Assembly (NCBI GenBank): GCA_010093815.1
Contig: ML996573.1
From: Pseudovirgaria hyperparasitica
Taxonomy: Eukaryota
DNA: 64,000 nt
Reading direction: 5' to 3' (one strand)
Part shown: positions 21,626-34,744 of the stretch, in pieces
Layout of the letters: each line of letters begins with the position of its first letter
Numbering within the stretch: the first letter of the stretch is position 1
The notes under the pieces: model-generated
What the model was told of the DNA's origin: nothing
Seen by the model: the letters and a program-made list of their open reading frames with translations, nothing else
The model's database searches: none
Translations under genes and position numbers: made by a program

Positions 21626-24600
21626 ATATACCTATGTATTATAATAATAATTCTAAGCAATGGCATACGTAAATACGCACATCATTACACATCCACGCAC
21701 ATACATACAGGCACAGGCACAAAAACACACAAACACACACACTGCATCCCATACCATGCGCCATACCGCACAACATCCTCGCCAATTCCTGCCCATCTAC
21801 AAAAACACACTCACACACACACACACATACAAACAAGGACCTCATCCTGCGCTCCGTGTGTCCGGCGTGCGTGTGTGCACCTTATACATATGACTCAGTA
21901 CCCTAATTACAATACAGCAAATCATTCTACCAAGAAAAACATCACCACTTTCTGCGTTTCACACCATCACTAACAAAAAAAACACCAGCACTCGCCAATG
22001 CGAAATAGTCTGCGCTGGCCAGCTAGCTTAGCCTTGTGTGATACATATACAAAATTTTAGGCTTCACCGCCGCCCAACCCCCCCTCCCAAAGACCCCGCG
22101 AGACTGCAAAAGCGGGACTCTAGAACAACGTTAAAATGACTGACGGTGATGATGATAATGATGCTACATTACTACTACTACGCATCCGGGGAGGATAGGA
22201 AGGCCGCGTGCGTGCGTGCGTTTATTACCGTCTTTTTTTTTCTTCTTCTTCTTTTACTTTCCCTCTGGGTGATAGATGCACACTCTGGACGGAACATACG
22301 CATATGTATTGTCATTCAAAGAGAAAAAAGAGAGAAAAAAATGAATTGCTGGTGTAATACAGGGCACCTTGACAAGGCAGTCGTCGTAGGTGTGCCGTAT
22401 TGTATTATATGTGTGTATGTATGCACGTATGCATGTATGCATGTATCTATGTAGGTAATTAGCCGTTACCAAAACACGCAAGCAGCTGTAATTTAATTTT
22501 AGTGCCTGCCTGTCCCGCGATGCACGTAATCCCCTTCTTGGGGTTGAGGAAAAGCCAGCCAGCCATTCTCGTCCTTCTTCCCTCCCAGCCCAGGCACAAA
22601 AAAAAGCAGCATTCTTTTAATTCCTTAAACTTCGATTCCAAAACAGAAAAATTCGACGAAACAGGTAAACGGCTCCCCCTCCCCGACTACTTAAAGTACT
22701 GGAGTGAGAAAGAGTGAGAAAAATTGTGGACTCTCCTCCCTATCATTCCGCCCTTGCCTTTCCCTCCCCCCCTTGCCCGTTGTCCGTGTGTGGGAACATT
22801 TTTCGCTTTGTCCACACTGAAAACTGCATTCCGGCATCCACGTCTCCACTGTGCCGACAACGGTGACTGTTCCTCGGTGCATCGCATCAGCATCATCATC
22901 GTCATCAGTCCACTCGCACGCACACCCGCTCCACCGTGGCCTGATTTGGATACGACCAGCACCGTAACAAGAAGAAAAAAAAACATTCCGGTGGCCGTAA
23001 GGTTCAGCTGCGTCAGCCCGTTGAACCTATAGTGAGTAACACGGTCCGTGTGTGGTCTGTCTGGCCTGCAGTCAGACAGTCAGTCAGTCACTTGTCGCGG
23101 CAGACTAGCCGTATTATCCCTGCTGAATTTTTGCTCGTTTCAGAAATTAGAATATCACCAATCCAACGTCATAGCCTCGTGAGCCCAGAGCATACCAGGG
23201 GAGGGGGACCAGGGAACCAGGGGAGGGGGGGGGTCAAGCCAATTCCCTGACCCCTGTATAGCCCATGTCTTGGGTAACGCTCTTCCCGTGATGACTGGTA
23301 CTTACTACTTCGCGTCTGTGTTCCATAATTAATTATTCTTATTCTTCCTAAATCGTAAACATCTCCTCCCTTCACTCCCCCAAACATCCAACGATGCGCT
23401 CCACTTTCATTCGCTGCCGTTGTCGCGTTTCGCCTGCTGCTCTGCGGAACCTTGTGATGTGACTTGTCGCCTCGACGCTCGACTACGGGCTGTGCTGCTA
23501 CTGCTGCTACTGTTGCTTTGTTACTTTCTGTCGACCTTAGAGGGGGGTGTTTTTTTTGGTGGCCGTCCATAGCAAGGGCGGTGGGTCCGGAAGCTAGCAA
23601 AAAATAGGAGGGTGGAAGAGGCTGATGCGTGTGCTGCGTGATGCGTGATGCCCAAAACAACATATCTTCATGTTGCACAGGCTGCAACACCACCAGTGTC
23701 CACCGTATAGCCTTGATGACCTGTCTCTCTCTGTTTGGACAGACTCACGCCCCGCTGCAGCTCAACAGCACTCGCCGGCGCCGGACTCTGCTCAGTACTT
23801 GTCATCTGCCAGAATCTGGCTGGATTAGGCCATGTACTGCAGCTTGGATTGATACGCCTGACGATTTAGCCTTGCTGGCTACGTGCATGCTTCCGCAACG
23901 CAGTCAGATTCGGCGCTGTTGTTGTTACACCCTCTGGAAATAGCAGAATGGACCGCAGCAAGCGCGGCCAATCTGACTGGCCAGCCTGCTGCTTAGACGA
24001 AATGTTGCGTTGGTCAGATAGGATGCGTTTTTTGTCTGCCAGCCCATCAGGCCAGCCAGCGCAGCCAGCATGGTGTTTACTCCTGTTGACGATGATTTTC
24101 CTTCCCCTACGCTGCGCCGCAGTCGCCAACACCGGCAAACAAAATAGATGGCGTTTCATACCTGAGCCCGTCAGTCCGCATTCACGGTATAGGCTCGTGG
24201 GAATATGTGGGCCAAGCCAGGGGGTTGCCCAGGTCCGGCCTTACACCACGTTTTTCTCGCTGTTTCTGCTTGCTGCGCCTACGCCCTCCACACACACACA
24301 CACAACCACACCCACACACACACAAAACACCTCCACCACACCCTCCTCCAGTTGTTCCCGCTTCCATCCGACGGCTGTCGAGCCTCTCCGCCCGTCCAAC
24401 GCGCCCGCCAACACTAGGCAAAAATGGTTGCACACCCAATTGCCTTGTTGACGTGCTCGACATCCGGTGACCATCTGGTCCAGAGTTCAGGGCGCAAATG
24501 TGATGGCTCTTACTGCTGCTGGCTGCTGCTGCTGCTGCCTGTTCGTAATACCACGGCATATTAGATGTGTTGAAAAGGCAAGACTCGGACAAGGGTCTTT

Positions 24601-26618
24601 TGCATGCATATAGACATTGGCAGGGATAGGCATGCATGGTGGTGCTGCGGCACGCTGCCCTGCCATGTGCGGATCCAAGGGAATGATCATCATGAATGTA
24701 TGTGTGTGTGTGTGCTCCTGAAGCTGCCGTCAGACGCCTACGACCCCAGAATGATCTCAGACAGAGGCTCAGGACCTCCTCATTGGGGGCCCACGGCCGT
24801 GGTACGTTATACAGCACTCTTCCCGAGCCGAAGCCGGCATATCGTGCTGCTGCTTGATATGTTGCTGCGACGCGACGTTTGAGGAAACCGCTCTTGCCAT
24901 GGCCGGCAGGCTAGAAAGCACATCCCACGCTATTGGCAATCAATGCTGCATACTGATGAAGGAATGGAGATTGAAGCATCATGCGGTTGCGTTGCGTGGC
25001 GTAGCGTCGCGTCGCGTGTGAATGCTGTAAGACCACACGGCCAGGGAGGATGCAGATGCAGCAGCAGAGCGCTCATTGACGGCACAAGGAAAGCCGAGTA
25101 CCAACTAGTACGCACTACGTACTATGGCAGTATGACTGAGTGAATGAGAGTCTGGGGGGGTCTGATGAGAGAGTCTGAGAGTGAGAAGCTGGCCGGCTGC
25201 TTCTGCCAGTCTTCTAGAAAGCAGCAGCCAATCAGGCCCATCTCCCCCGCAATCCGGCCGACACAGTTTTGTCACGCGAAACCGCCTGGCGGCGATTGTG
25301 CGCAGAGAGCGTCGACGGCCCTGGAAGACTGCTGCAGTAGTAGGAGGAGCCTGGAGGGAGGGAGGTTTGCGGTCCAACCCGTTGTCAGCCGTCGTGCCTT
25401 GGCGCCCCTAATTGGCGAGCTTGTCTTCCAATTGTTGCCCTCCTATCATGCCTAAATCCACCGCCATTCATCCCATCCCCACGATAGACAACTCCATCCT
25501 ATTCCTTCGCTACCATCAGATGACCCGTCTGTGACCGACGCGTGATGCGGCGGCCAGATACTATGTATGAGCGGTGAGAACGGCATCCGCGGCATCTCCA
25601 ATCATGGCTATGACAGCCTCTCCGAGAGCCTCATTCCTCCTGTCACTCGTGATGAAATCGTCGCTTCGTCTCTCCGTGCCTGTCTCCAATCACACTGCCC
25701 AAGTACCACTCGTCCCTTGTACGGTGTACGTACCTCCCTGTCCTCGGAGATCCGCCGGCGATTTTCAGGCCATGACAACGCAGTCAGACGGGTGCGCAGC
25801 ATTTCGAGCCGTCTTTCAGCTCTGTGATGATTGTGCAGCATTAATCTTCGCACGCACAGTCAATGTGCATTGACAGGAGCAATATGTATGTACATAAGTC
25901 ATCCTTCGATTTGCCATGGCCCTGCAGTCCCATCATTCTGGTAACACTGGGCCTGTGTCGTTCTTGGCCTGTTTGATAGGTCATGATGCGAACACCTGGA
26001 TGTCTTGCATGCATGCAGGCGCACCTCATCCCAATCCGGTGAATCTGTACGAGCGCTGGCAAACCGCTCTATTTGCTCTCGATATCGCCTGCAGCCTCAG
26101 TCGATCAGTTGCTTCGGAGTTGGCAGACCTAGCATTCTGCATCTTCCGCATCGCGGTAATCCTCATATTGCCATAAGAGTGAGGCGACCAGTGTCCATAA
26201 GAACAAACAGTCTTGAGATTTTGTGTGAGCTAGCTAGGGTGGAGCTACCTAATGCTGGGTGTCTGTAGACTGTAAGGCAACAGTCACAACTTGCATGTTC
26301 CCCTTCAAAGTGTAGGAAGCGACACAATCCGACACTCTAGACATGGCAGTCGCAAGATTTGATCGAGTGGACGAGCTACAGCACGCTAGCATTGTCCCCT
26401 GCCTCAGTCTTCGATGTCATCAAGATCATTCGAACCATCCCTCAACGGAATGTCAAATATCGATCGAGTTGCTGTCCTTATCTGTGCCCTACAAATCCTC
26501 CTCTTCTGTCTTTAGATGGAAGCGCTCGTGCCGCGGGGTTGATACGAAAACCGGGGCTCTCTCTGGTGCTCACGAAGTCTGGAGGCTTACAGACAATATC
26601 CCGCTGCCCGGGCGTCCG

Positions 26619-28694
26619 TTATAGGACCCCAAGATTTTTCTCGAGGCTTGATGAGAAAGAGCTGAGATTCTGTCGCGGTAGGATGGTTGAGGCGCTCCAT
26701 GTGGGTGCTCTCGCAGATTTGCTGTTCGGGGTATCGTCTTCCGGTAACGATGCCTTCTCGTATCGCCGGGATTCTAGCGCATATGGCGCGTCGTCCTGTG
26801 AGGCATGGTTGTACATGGAGTCGGACGCGATCACGTACATTCGTTTCTTACTTGTTCTCATGGCTGACGTCGAGACGAGGTCATATTGCTGTGCATGCCT
26901 TGCATGCATGTCACCATGAAAGCAGCCCAAACTGACCGGCGACATGTCGCTGTCTTCTTCAGAAGTGACGATCATTCGTTCGCTTGCAGAAGGTGATAGA
27001 GAATGGGAGATAATTGATCTCGCTGCTTTTACTACTGTTGCTCCATCCGTCGCCACTACACTGTGGTCCTCCACGTCAGTTCCTTCAGCAGAGTCGGTAA
27101 ATGATCGATCGCTAAAGACAAATTTCCTCCACACCTCGTCGCCAGTGGCAGCACCAGCTACTGCTAGGTGGAGTCGCGGACTGTCTAGTCCTTCGCTCTT
27201 CCGCCGGGGACATGAAGGCATTGCCGCGGTTGCCTTTGGTGGTGTTGGTGATTTGCCCATGTCAGGATATATCTGATTGCGGTGGGTCCGTTCACACCAG
27301 CTGTCAACGAACAAAGACGTGGAAATAGACTCAAGAGGCTTGGCCGAGCATGGAAGACTGCTTGTTGGCGAAGAATCCTCAGACCTTTGACGAGAACGTC
27401 GAGGCGAGGCTGAATGCTGGGAAGGCAGCGCCAGGAAGTCTCTCCAGTCAACATTAGAGTCGACCCGCGACACGCTCGGGGAGGCATTCTTCAGTGGCCT
27501 CGCTGAACTGGACGGGAAGTATGCACGTACAGGGCCATGCAAATGTAATTGTGGTCCGTGGCCCACACTGTCTAACACATCACGCACACCAGGGCCGTGA
27601 GTAATTGAAGAGTTCAACTTCATCCGAGGAGGCTGCAAAACTCCCCTGTCACATTTGCGGCCAGCATTCCAGGTTTCTGCAGCTCGATTAGACACGTCGT
27701 CTCCTTGCTCGCCCAGGATTCGACAACCTAAGCCAGGGGTTGATACTGGAACAGGTGAGAACGCAACTTTGGCATTCTGTTGTGATATATCACTTTCTCG
27801 GTAAAAGTTGGATGTTCGATCAGCAATGCACGGGCTCACCATGGACCTTATCTGGTGATTCTCAGTTGTCGGCTCAGCATCTAGCAGCATGAGATCGCTT
27901 CTAGGACTGGTAGTTCGCCGACAGCGCTCAACTTCTGGGGATTGCCAAGGGAGTGCATCAGGCCCGATGCGGATGCTGATGTCCTCATCGTCTATGCTGC
28001 CTGGTGCATATTGAAATTGGGGTACTGAAAAGTGGATCATTTCTTCACAACTGAGGCCGTGCCGTGCTCGCATATTTACCGCGACCTTTCTTCGCTTTCC
28101 TACCCTGCTCTTCTCTCGACGAGAGCGAAAGTGCATCTGCAGCGGCCGGCTCGGAGCTATTCCTACCCAGTCATCCTGTTGAAGGAGCCTTCGTCTTTCG
28201 TCGTCGAAATTGCCATCGTCAGCAGCATGCATATCTTGTGCATTTCGATCTGGTGGGTTCTGGTCAGTGAGGCGAGCATGGGGGTCATACAGCTGGCCCT
28301 GCTGTTTGAAGGGCCGCTCTACATGCAAGGTTTTCTCTTTCGATACAGCTCTTTCCCGAAGAAGCTTGGGTTTCGGAACTTCAGTTTGACTGCGGTAATG
28401 ATCAAGATTACGTCCAAGATACCATTCCGTGCTTAGGGGCGTCCTTTCAGTTGGACGCTCATGTATGGCGTCCAGATCTGGTTTGTCACGCCTGTGAGGT
28501 CGGCCTTGGTAAGCCTTGCGGCCGACAAGACGGTCCTGTTCTGCCTGTGCAAAGCTTGGAATGAAAGGAACTGTTGGAGACGCGGTGCTCTGTAGCTGCG
28601 CTCGGACGCGTGCAAAATGCTGCTTTTGTCGGCTTACGACCGTGTTCGTGCTGTTCTTAGAATGTCTTTGCAATCGTCCTCCAGTCCAATTCAT
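26619..28694 (-). CDS. Largely disordered protein with a HEIP1/REDIC1(C12orf40)-like N-terminal motif; putative meiotic crossover factor
   Basis: 691-aa ORF starting MNWTGGRLQRHS..RQKQHFARVR, which resembles the recalled REDIC1 (MNWVGGSR..KQKEYFEK) and plant HEIP1 N-termini; a second block RRRLLQQDDWVG. Confidence 0.7.
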   Translation of the reverse strand: MNWTGGRLQRHSKNSTNTVVSRQKQHFARVRAQLQSTASPTVPFIPSFAQAEQDRLVGRKAYQGRPHRRDKPDLDAIHERPTERTPLSTEWYLGRNLDHYRSQTEVPKPKLLRERAVSKEKTLHVERPFKQQGQLYDPHARLTDQNPPDRNAQDMHAADDGNFDDERRRLLQQDDWVGIAPSRPLQMHFRSRREKSRVGKRRKVAVNMRARHGLSCEEMIHFSVPQFQYAPGSIDDEDISIRIGPDALPWQSPEVERCRRTTSPRSDLMLLDAEPTTENHQIRSMVSPCIADRTSNFYRESDISQQNAKVAFSPVPVSTPGLGCRILGEQGDDVSNRAAETWNAGRKCDRGVLQPPRMKLNSSITHGPGVRDVLDSVGHGPQLHLHGPVRAYFPSSSARPLKNASPSVSRVDSNVDWRDFLALPSQHSASPRRSRQRSEDSSPTSSLPCSAKPLESISTSLFVDSWCERTHRNQIYPDMGKSPTPPKATAAMPSCPRRKSEGLDSPRLHLAVAGAATGDEVWRKFVFSDRSFTDSAEGTDVEDHSVVATDGATVVKAARSIISHSLSPSASERMIVTSEEDSDMSPVSLGCFHGDMHARHAQQYDLVSTSAMRTSKKRMYVIASDSMYNHASQDDAPYALESRRYEKASLPEDDTPNSKSARAPTWSASTILPRQNLSSFSSSLEKNLGVL

Positions 28695-30806
28695 ATTGCC
28701 AGCGACACTGCGTCAGTAGCACACATGTTTGTCAACGTGAGGTTGGAGATTGGGTGACTGGTGAACGAAGGCGGGGTCGTGACGACTGCCTGAGACGTCA
28801 GGAAGGAACGTCCTCTGCAGCTGCCCTTGCCTCATATTTTGCCTACATTCTCGGATCAGCTTCGATCTGTCAGGTTGGAAGTCGAAGGACGTATGTCAAG
28901 GCATTAAATAAGTCTGTTGCAGAGCTTCTCACTAATGTGAGACTGACGGCTTGAGCAAGCACGAAGCGCTCCGACCCACGCCAGAGGTACAGCCCAGCTT
29001 CAAGATTGAAGAAGAGATCGAGACGGCCAAGTAAGCTTGCTATCAGGAAGAGATACTTATGGAATCTGTAGACAATGGAACGGCTTCGCGGCTCAAGCGT
29101 TTGCAGAAGATCAAGAGCTTGGAAAACGAAGGGTCGTCGAGGACTAATTATGCTAAGAGATTCACTGCCAATCGTCTGGCCAGGTCAAACATGATAGGGC
29201 CCTTGTATTCAGCCGCAACATCAGTGTTACACAATACTGATGTCGAAGGATGTGGGCATTGCGCGCATAAGACATCTACCACTCTTGAACATGATTCAAA
29301 TTTCGCTCAGAAGTGGCATCGTTTCAAAGAGTATTGGGCTGTCTTGGAGTGTATGTCGAAGTAACACCAAGGTTCAGCCTGGAGTGGACTGAGATGGACT
29401 TTTGTAAAGCACATCAAGTCTAAAATTCCATGACACGACAGCATTTCCTGGTGGTTCGATCTTTGTTTAAGGGATCGAGCAATCGGCAAGCTGCGAATAC
29501 TTCCTCTCCAACATGCGCGCGAGACTACATATCATCAAACCTCTGGTTACCGCTAGCGTGCGAGAATGCTCGGCGGTGAGCGTAGTCAGCAATTATCTCA
29601 AGGCAGGATCTAATGAGAGCATATCTCCGAGATGGTAGTATAGCAGTGTCGCGCAGCAAACCGGCATATCTGACCATTGTCCAGGGTAGAAGGTCAAGAG
29701 CGAAACCAAAACCAACAGAGGAACTACCATATTTAGTTGTGGAGCTGTAGGATGATGTGTAGGTGCATTTTGTAGACGGCATAAGACAGTGATAAAGTTT
29801 GGTCATATGACGGAATACGGTCGCAACCGAGCGTGGTAGTCGAATGGATAGAGTGGGCCATTGCAACTTCTGACAGTATTGCCGGAGGGAAGCGATGGCG
29901 CGATACAGGTAAGTGTTCAACAATGGTTGAGACGACAGGGCTTGGAAGCACGGTGATGTCAAGTCGAACAACGGTGTGAGATTGGCGATTCAGAGTGGTA
30001 GGATGAGAAGGATGATGGATGTTGCGGCGGTGTTGTTGCAAGATATGAAGCCTGATAAGGTTGTGCGACAATGACAGGCAGCCTCGTGGCTATTGTGAGT
30101 GTGGTCGTTGCGGCAGGATGGCATGTGAAAGAAGGTTCTTTAGTCGCTGCTTATCACTTACCGGTCGGGTGGATGATTGGCTTGCGAGCGGCCGCATCCG
30201 CATTCCACATCACACACACACACATATATTTGCACGATCACGATCTCGATCCGAAACAGACAGGTGGAAGTAAAGGGGAACTAATTAGGTGCAGCAGAAG
30301 TGGATCCGTGACAAGCAGAAACGACACCATCAAGCGGTGGACAGCGAGCGGCGTATAGCGTCGCTGGAACGGTAAGAAGTACAGCAGGCGATGATACATA
30401 TGGCAAAGATTGAGGCGAGTACCAAGCTTTGACAGTGCATCCGGCCGAGAGCAGGAGAGCAGCAATCGGGTGGAAGAGATTTCAGGGGCGTCGCTGCAAC
30501 CCCCAGGGGACGGTGGAAGAGAGATAGATGGATGGATGGATGGATGTAAGATAGATTGTATGGAATATGCTCATTGTGATGAAGTGAATACCGTGTTATT
30601 GATTGGTGTATCTCACAGCTCAGCTACATCTACCATGCTGGCTAATACGTTCCTGCCGGTACAGTACGCGACTACCTAATACAGCTGCAGCGTTAATTAT
30701 TGTTATGATTGTGAATACTAACGTGTGCGGAAGGAGCGGGCGGTTCGCCAATCCAAATTCAAAAGTCAATCTCGGATCGTCCCTACCTATTCCAGCGAGG
30801 GATGCC

Positions 30807-30816
30807 ATGACGTCAT
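30807..30816. promoter_or_regulatory. Perfect CRE-type bZIP palindrome ATGACGTCAT about 1 kb upstream of the HAD gene
   Basis: Exact palindrome in the sequence; function inferred (Atf1/CYS3-type site). Confidence 0.35.
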
Positions 30817-31470
30817 ATTGCGCACCCTCGTCTCTCGAGTCTGCCCCACTATTAGCGCGTCCCGTCTGTTATGGGAAGGATCCCCTCACTATTTACATGT
30901 TACTGCCTCAGGCCCTCAAGCTTCAAGTCTCAGTTCACCAGCAGTATTCATATTATCATTGTTCTGGATGGAGGAAGATGCAGAGATGAAAGTATGCATA
31001 TCAATCTTTTCAGGCACTTCTCACGCCCGTTTATGATTTCTTATGCCGCTCTTGGCGCCTGCTCGCAGCTGAGGGTCCCACTATGGCTACCACTAATATC
31101 CTCTCATACAGCAGTAGTATATGGCCCCCCTGACCAATCACCAGCCCCAGATTTGCCCATGGTTTTTGGCTGCGCGCACTGCCGATGACGAAAGGGTATG
31201 TAATGCCCTATTCTTATGATGTATGATGCATCATGTTGTCGTGCCTGTCCTGCCGCCTTTCACACTTGGCCCCTGTCCGCTTCCGGTCGCCACTACCACC
31301 AATCCTTCCTAGCCCAACTGTCTATTCCCTCGATTGTTGATGCTAATCCTGATGCTCCCACTGATTCTGATGCGATGCTGCTACGGATTCTGATACTGGG
31401 GGCTGGGATTCTTCTGATAATACCGCTGCCGTTGTGAAAGTCATGTTTACCTATTAGCAATGCTGCCAGA

Positions 31471-31477
31471 TATATAA
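31471..31477 (+). promoter_or_regulatory. TATA box of the HAD hydrolase gene
   Basis: TATATAA followed by a CT-rich leader leading to the ATG at 31834. Confidence 0.55.
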
Positions 31478-31833
31478 TCCCTCATTCCCTTTCTTCTCCT
31501 ATCCGCCCTCTTCCTCACATCTTTACTCTACCAGGAAATTCGGAGTCAGTCCGTCCTCACCATTCCACTTTTATCCACTTTTTCGCATCCGACTCGAAAC
31601 CAGGACCGTCCTGACTTCTGCACGTACACATCCATTCACACCCGTGCCACGCCTCCTGACCTCCAGCTTTGAATAAAAAGCCACCGCCGCCCCAATCTTC
31701 CCTCGAACAGTACCCCCGATCTTTACTTTGAATAGCCTCTAGTCTCTCCCTGAGGCCAGCCCACCAGTCGACTCACCTACGGAGCAAACTCTGCATTATT
31801 TTCACAAGCCCACAGACCTACTGCGCCTACAAA

Positions 31834-33135
31834 ATGTTGACTACTTCCACTGCCGTACCTCAGACTGAGGTCAAGCCCCGTCGTCTTAGCAACGTCGACG
31901 CTGCTATCATTAACGCTTCAAACCAAAACATCGATCAAGGCCCAACTGTCGTTGTTCCCCCAAAGCACCTCATGGCTCCCTCAAACGCACACGAAGTCGC
32001 CTCGGCCATGGAGACTGCCAGGCACGAGATCGAAGACGCCATTTCCCGCAAAAGCACTCCAGGAACCCCACAAGAGACCATCGTCACTGACAAATTCGCC
32101 TTCGCCTTCGATATCGACGGTGTCCTTATCCGTGGCGGCGAACCAATCCCAGAGGCTGTAGAGGCCATGAAGGCTCTGAACGGTGACAACGAATATGGCA
32201 TCAAGGTGCCATATATCTTCGTTACCAATGGTGGCGGCAAGACCGAGCAGGAACGCTGCATTCAGCTAAGCAAGCAGCTCGAGCTGGAAGTGTCTCCTGG
32301 CCAGTTCATCTGCGGTCACACTCCCATGCGGGAGATGGCCGAGCGCTACAACACCGTTCTCGTCGTTGGTGGCGAAGGCGAGAAGTGCCGTGAGGTCGCC
32401 GAAGGTTACGGCTTCAAGGACGTCGTCACCCCTGGAGACATCATCAAGGACAATGCCGACACCACGCCCTTCCGGATGCTCAACAGCAGCGAGATTGAAA
32501 ACTCCCGTGCCCGCAACTTTGGCGAGTGCGAAATCGAAGCCATCTTCGTCTTCGCCGACAGCCGTGACTGGGCCTGCGATCAGCAGATCATCCTCGATCT
32601 TCTCATGTCGAAGAACGGCCGTCTAGGGACGCGTTCCGAGACCTTTGACGAGGGTCCCCCAGTCTACTTCTCCCACAATGACGTCGTCTGGAGTACATCC
32701 CACGACCTCACCCGCATCGGCATGGGTGCTCTGAAAGTGTCCCTTGAAGCCATGTTCAAGGCCGTAACCGGAAAGGAAATCAAGACTACCGCATTTGGCA
32801 AACCCCAAATCGGCACCTTCCAGTTCGCAACCCGTCTCCTACAACAATGGCGCAAAGACACACACGGCATCAACGCCCCGCCGGAGACTGTGTACTTCGT
32901 CGGCGACACCCCCGAGAGCGACATCCGTGGCACCAACCTTTTCAACGAACAGGCCGAGAACACCTGGTACTCGATCCTCGTCAAGACGGGCGTGTACCAG
33001 CCCGGCACCACCCCCAAATTCACACCCAAGGCCACCGTCGACAACGTCCTTGAGGCTGTCCGTCACGGCATGGACCGCGAATACAAGCGCCAACTCTCCC
33101 AACTCGCAAACGGCTCCGCCATCACCGAGGAATAG
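31834..33135 (+). CDS. HAD-superfamily subfamily IIA hydrolase (CECR5/HDHD5-like)
   Basis: Motif I FAFDIDGVL, VTNGGG, FGKP, YFVGDTPESDIRG, SILVKTGVY; strong codon bias. Confidence 0.93.
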   Translation: MLTTSTAVPQTEVKPRRLSNVDAAIINASNQNIDQGPTVVVPPKHLMAPSNAHEVASAMETARHEIEDAISRKSTPGTPQETIVTDKFAFAFDIDGVLIRGGEPIPEAVEAMKALNGDNEYGIKVPYIFVTNGGGKTEQERCIQLSKQLELEVSPGQFICGHTPMREMAERYNTVLVVGGEGEKCREVAEGYGFKDVVTPGDIIKDNADTTPFRMLNSSEIENSRARNFGECEIEAIFVFADSRDWACDQQIILDLLMSKNGRLGTRSETFDEGPPVYFSHNDVVWSTSHDLTRIGMGALKVSLEAMFKAVTGKEIKTTAFGKPQIGTFQFATRLLQQWRKDTHGINAPPETVYFVGDTPESDIRGTNLFNEQAENTWYSILVKTGVYQPGTTPKFTPKATVDNVLEAVRHGMDREYKRQLSQLANGSAITEE

Positions 33136-33779
33136 ACAATTCCCCCTTTTCATCCCTCTCTCTTCCACGTACGTCTACGTCCACTTGATCTGGACACGCA
33201 TCGACCAGGAGTTTTTTTCCCCCGCTTCTCCATTGAAACATTTACAGGCGTTATAATAATTGGAACTGGTCGTATTATGATATCCTCACCGCATCTTTCA
33301 TGAAGCAAGATGCGCGTAGTATGCGAGGTATACAGGCAGCATGAATCAACCCCTACACGGCCGAACAACATCGACTGCATAGACCGGATATAAATGCATG
33401 CATGCTGGATAGAAAGTCATGACGGAATACAATAACAAGAACAGAACAAGAACAGTAAACCCATCACGAAACCATAGAGATCTCATTGCATTACACGGGT
33501 AGACGATGCTGTTGCGCTGGACTCGATGACTGCGTTTCTTGGATATACGGGGTTTTCCTTTTCTCACTGCCTCTCCTTTTCTTTTGTCCTCCTTCTCCTC
33601 CTTCTCGTCGTCGTCGTCTTCTTTTGCTAGATAGATGGATAGACAATCATCGAATCGTTCAAACATTACCTTTTGAAACTACTTGACTTGTATCTGCTAC
33701 GAGCTTCGTGACTGCTCGTGTTTCACTCTGCCTCCTGTGTTGCTGTACTTTTCCCACACTTTCCTCCCCAGATCTCCCA

Positions 33780-34030
33780 AGACTTCACCACCTCATTGAC
33801 CTTCAGTTCCCCAGAACTCATCATCTCATCGACCCTCAGTTCGCCAGACCTCATCAACTCATAGACCCTTAGTTCCCCGCACCTTACCTACCCCGTCTGC
33901 ACCATCATCTCCCCTGGTCATTCCCTCATTCCCCCATACCTCGTCTCCTCAGGATTCCCCCATACCTCGTCTCCCCAGAATTCCCCCATGCCCAATTACC
34001 CATGCCCCATTACCCATGACCCATGACCCA
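33780..34030. repeat. Adjacent C-rich minisatellites: 33 bp x3 (33792, 33825, 33858) and about 26 bp x2.5 (from about 33928)
   Basis: CTCATNGACCYTYAGTTC at 33-bp spacing; ATTCCCCCATACCTCGTCTCC duplicated. Confidence 0.8.
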
Positions 34031-34504
34031 CGCACATCCATCATCCCTCATCCAACTAACATCAAACTATCCACCTCACCCCAATTCGCACATCTTTACC
34101 ACGTGAAAAAGAACAAGTCTCTGATATGTCTCGTCTGTTCCTTTGCTTCGCTCCCTTATAGCTATCTTGTTCCCATCCCGGCTCAAGTGCCTGTCTCCAG
34201 CTTGAACTCACGGGGTACTTGCGGTTTGGAGACTTGGGTGCTGGATACGTGCCTGCAAACTAACCTGTGATGCTGGTTGTTGGTACTGCGGCCGTGGTTT
34301 GCGTATGTGTATGGTGTGAAGTATTGTTTTGTTCGTGTCGGTGTCGAGATCAGTGTTAGTTTTGTTCTGTTGGTATCAGTGTTAGTCTCAGTGTCAGTGT
34401 TGCTACGCGTGTTATCTTGCTAGGATGTGGGTACAGTGTCCGTTAGTAGTTGTTGGAGAGAGTGGGGAGAAGAGACGGGAGGAGAGTGGATTCTTGTTAC
34501 GGAG

Positions 34505-34680
34505 TTTATGGTTTGGAGTATATAGTTTGAAGTGTATAGTTTGGAGTGTGTATAGTTTATAGTGTATGGTTTGGAGTGTATGGTTTGGAGTGTATGGTTT
34601 GGAGGGTATGGTTTGGACTGTATGGTTTGGACTGTATGGTTTGGACTGTATGGTTCGGAGTGTATGGTTTGGAGTGTATG
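34505..34680. repeat. 14-bp minisatellite (TGTATGGTTTGGAG)n, about 12 copies
   Basis: Directly visible; the left-hand copies carry G>A changes (TATATAGTTTGAAG). Confidence 0.92.
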
Positions 34681-34744
34681 TTCATCTACTTTGCTCTGCA
34701 ATTCAAGCTCTGAGGGGGGGGGAGGGGGATGTATGAGTGCACAT

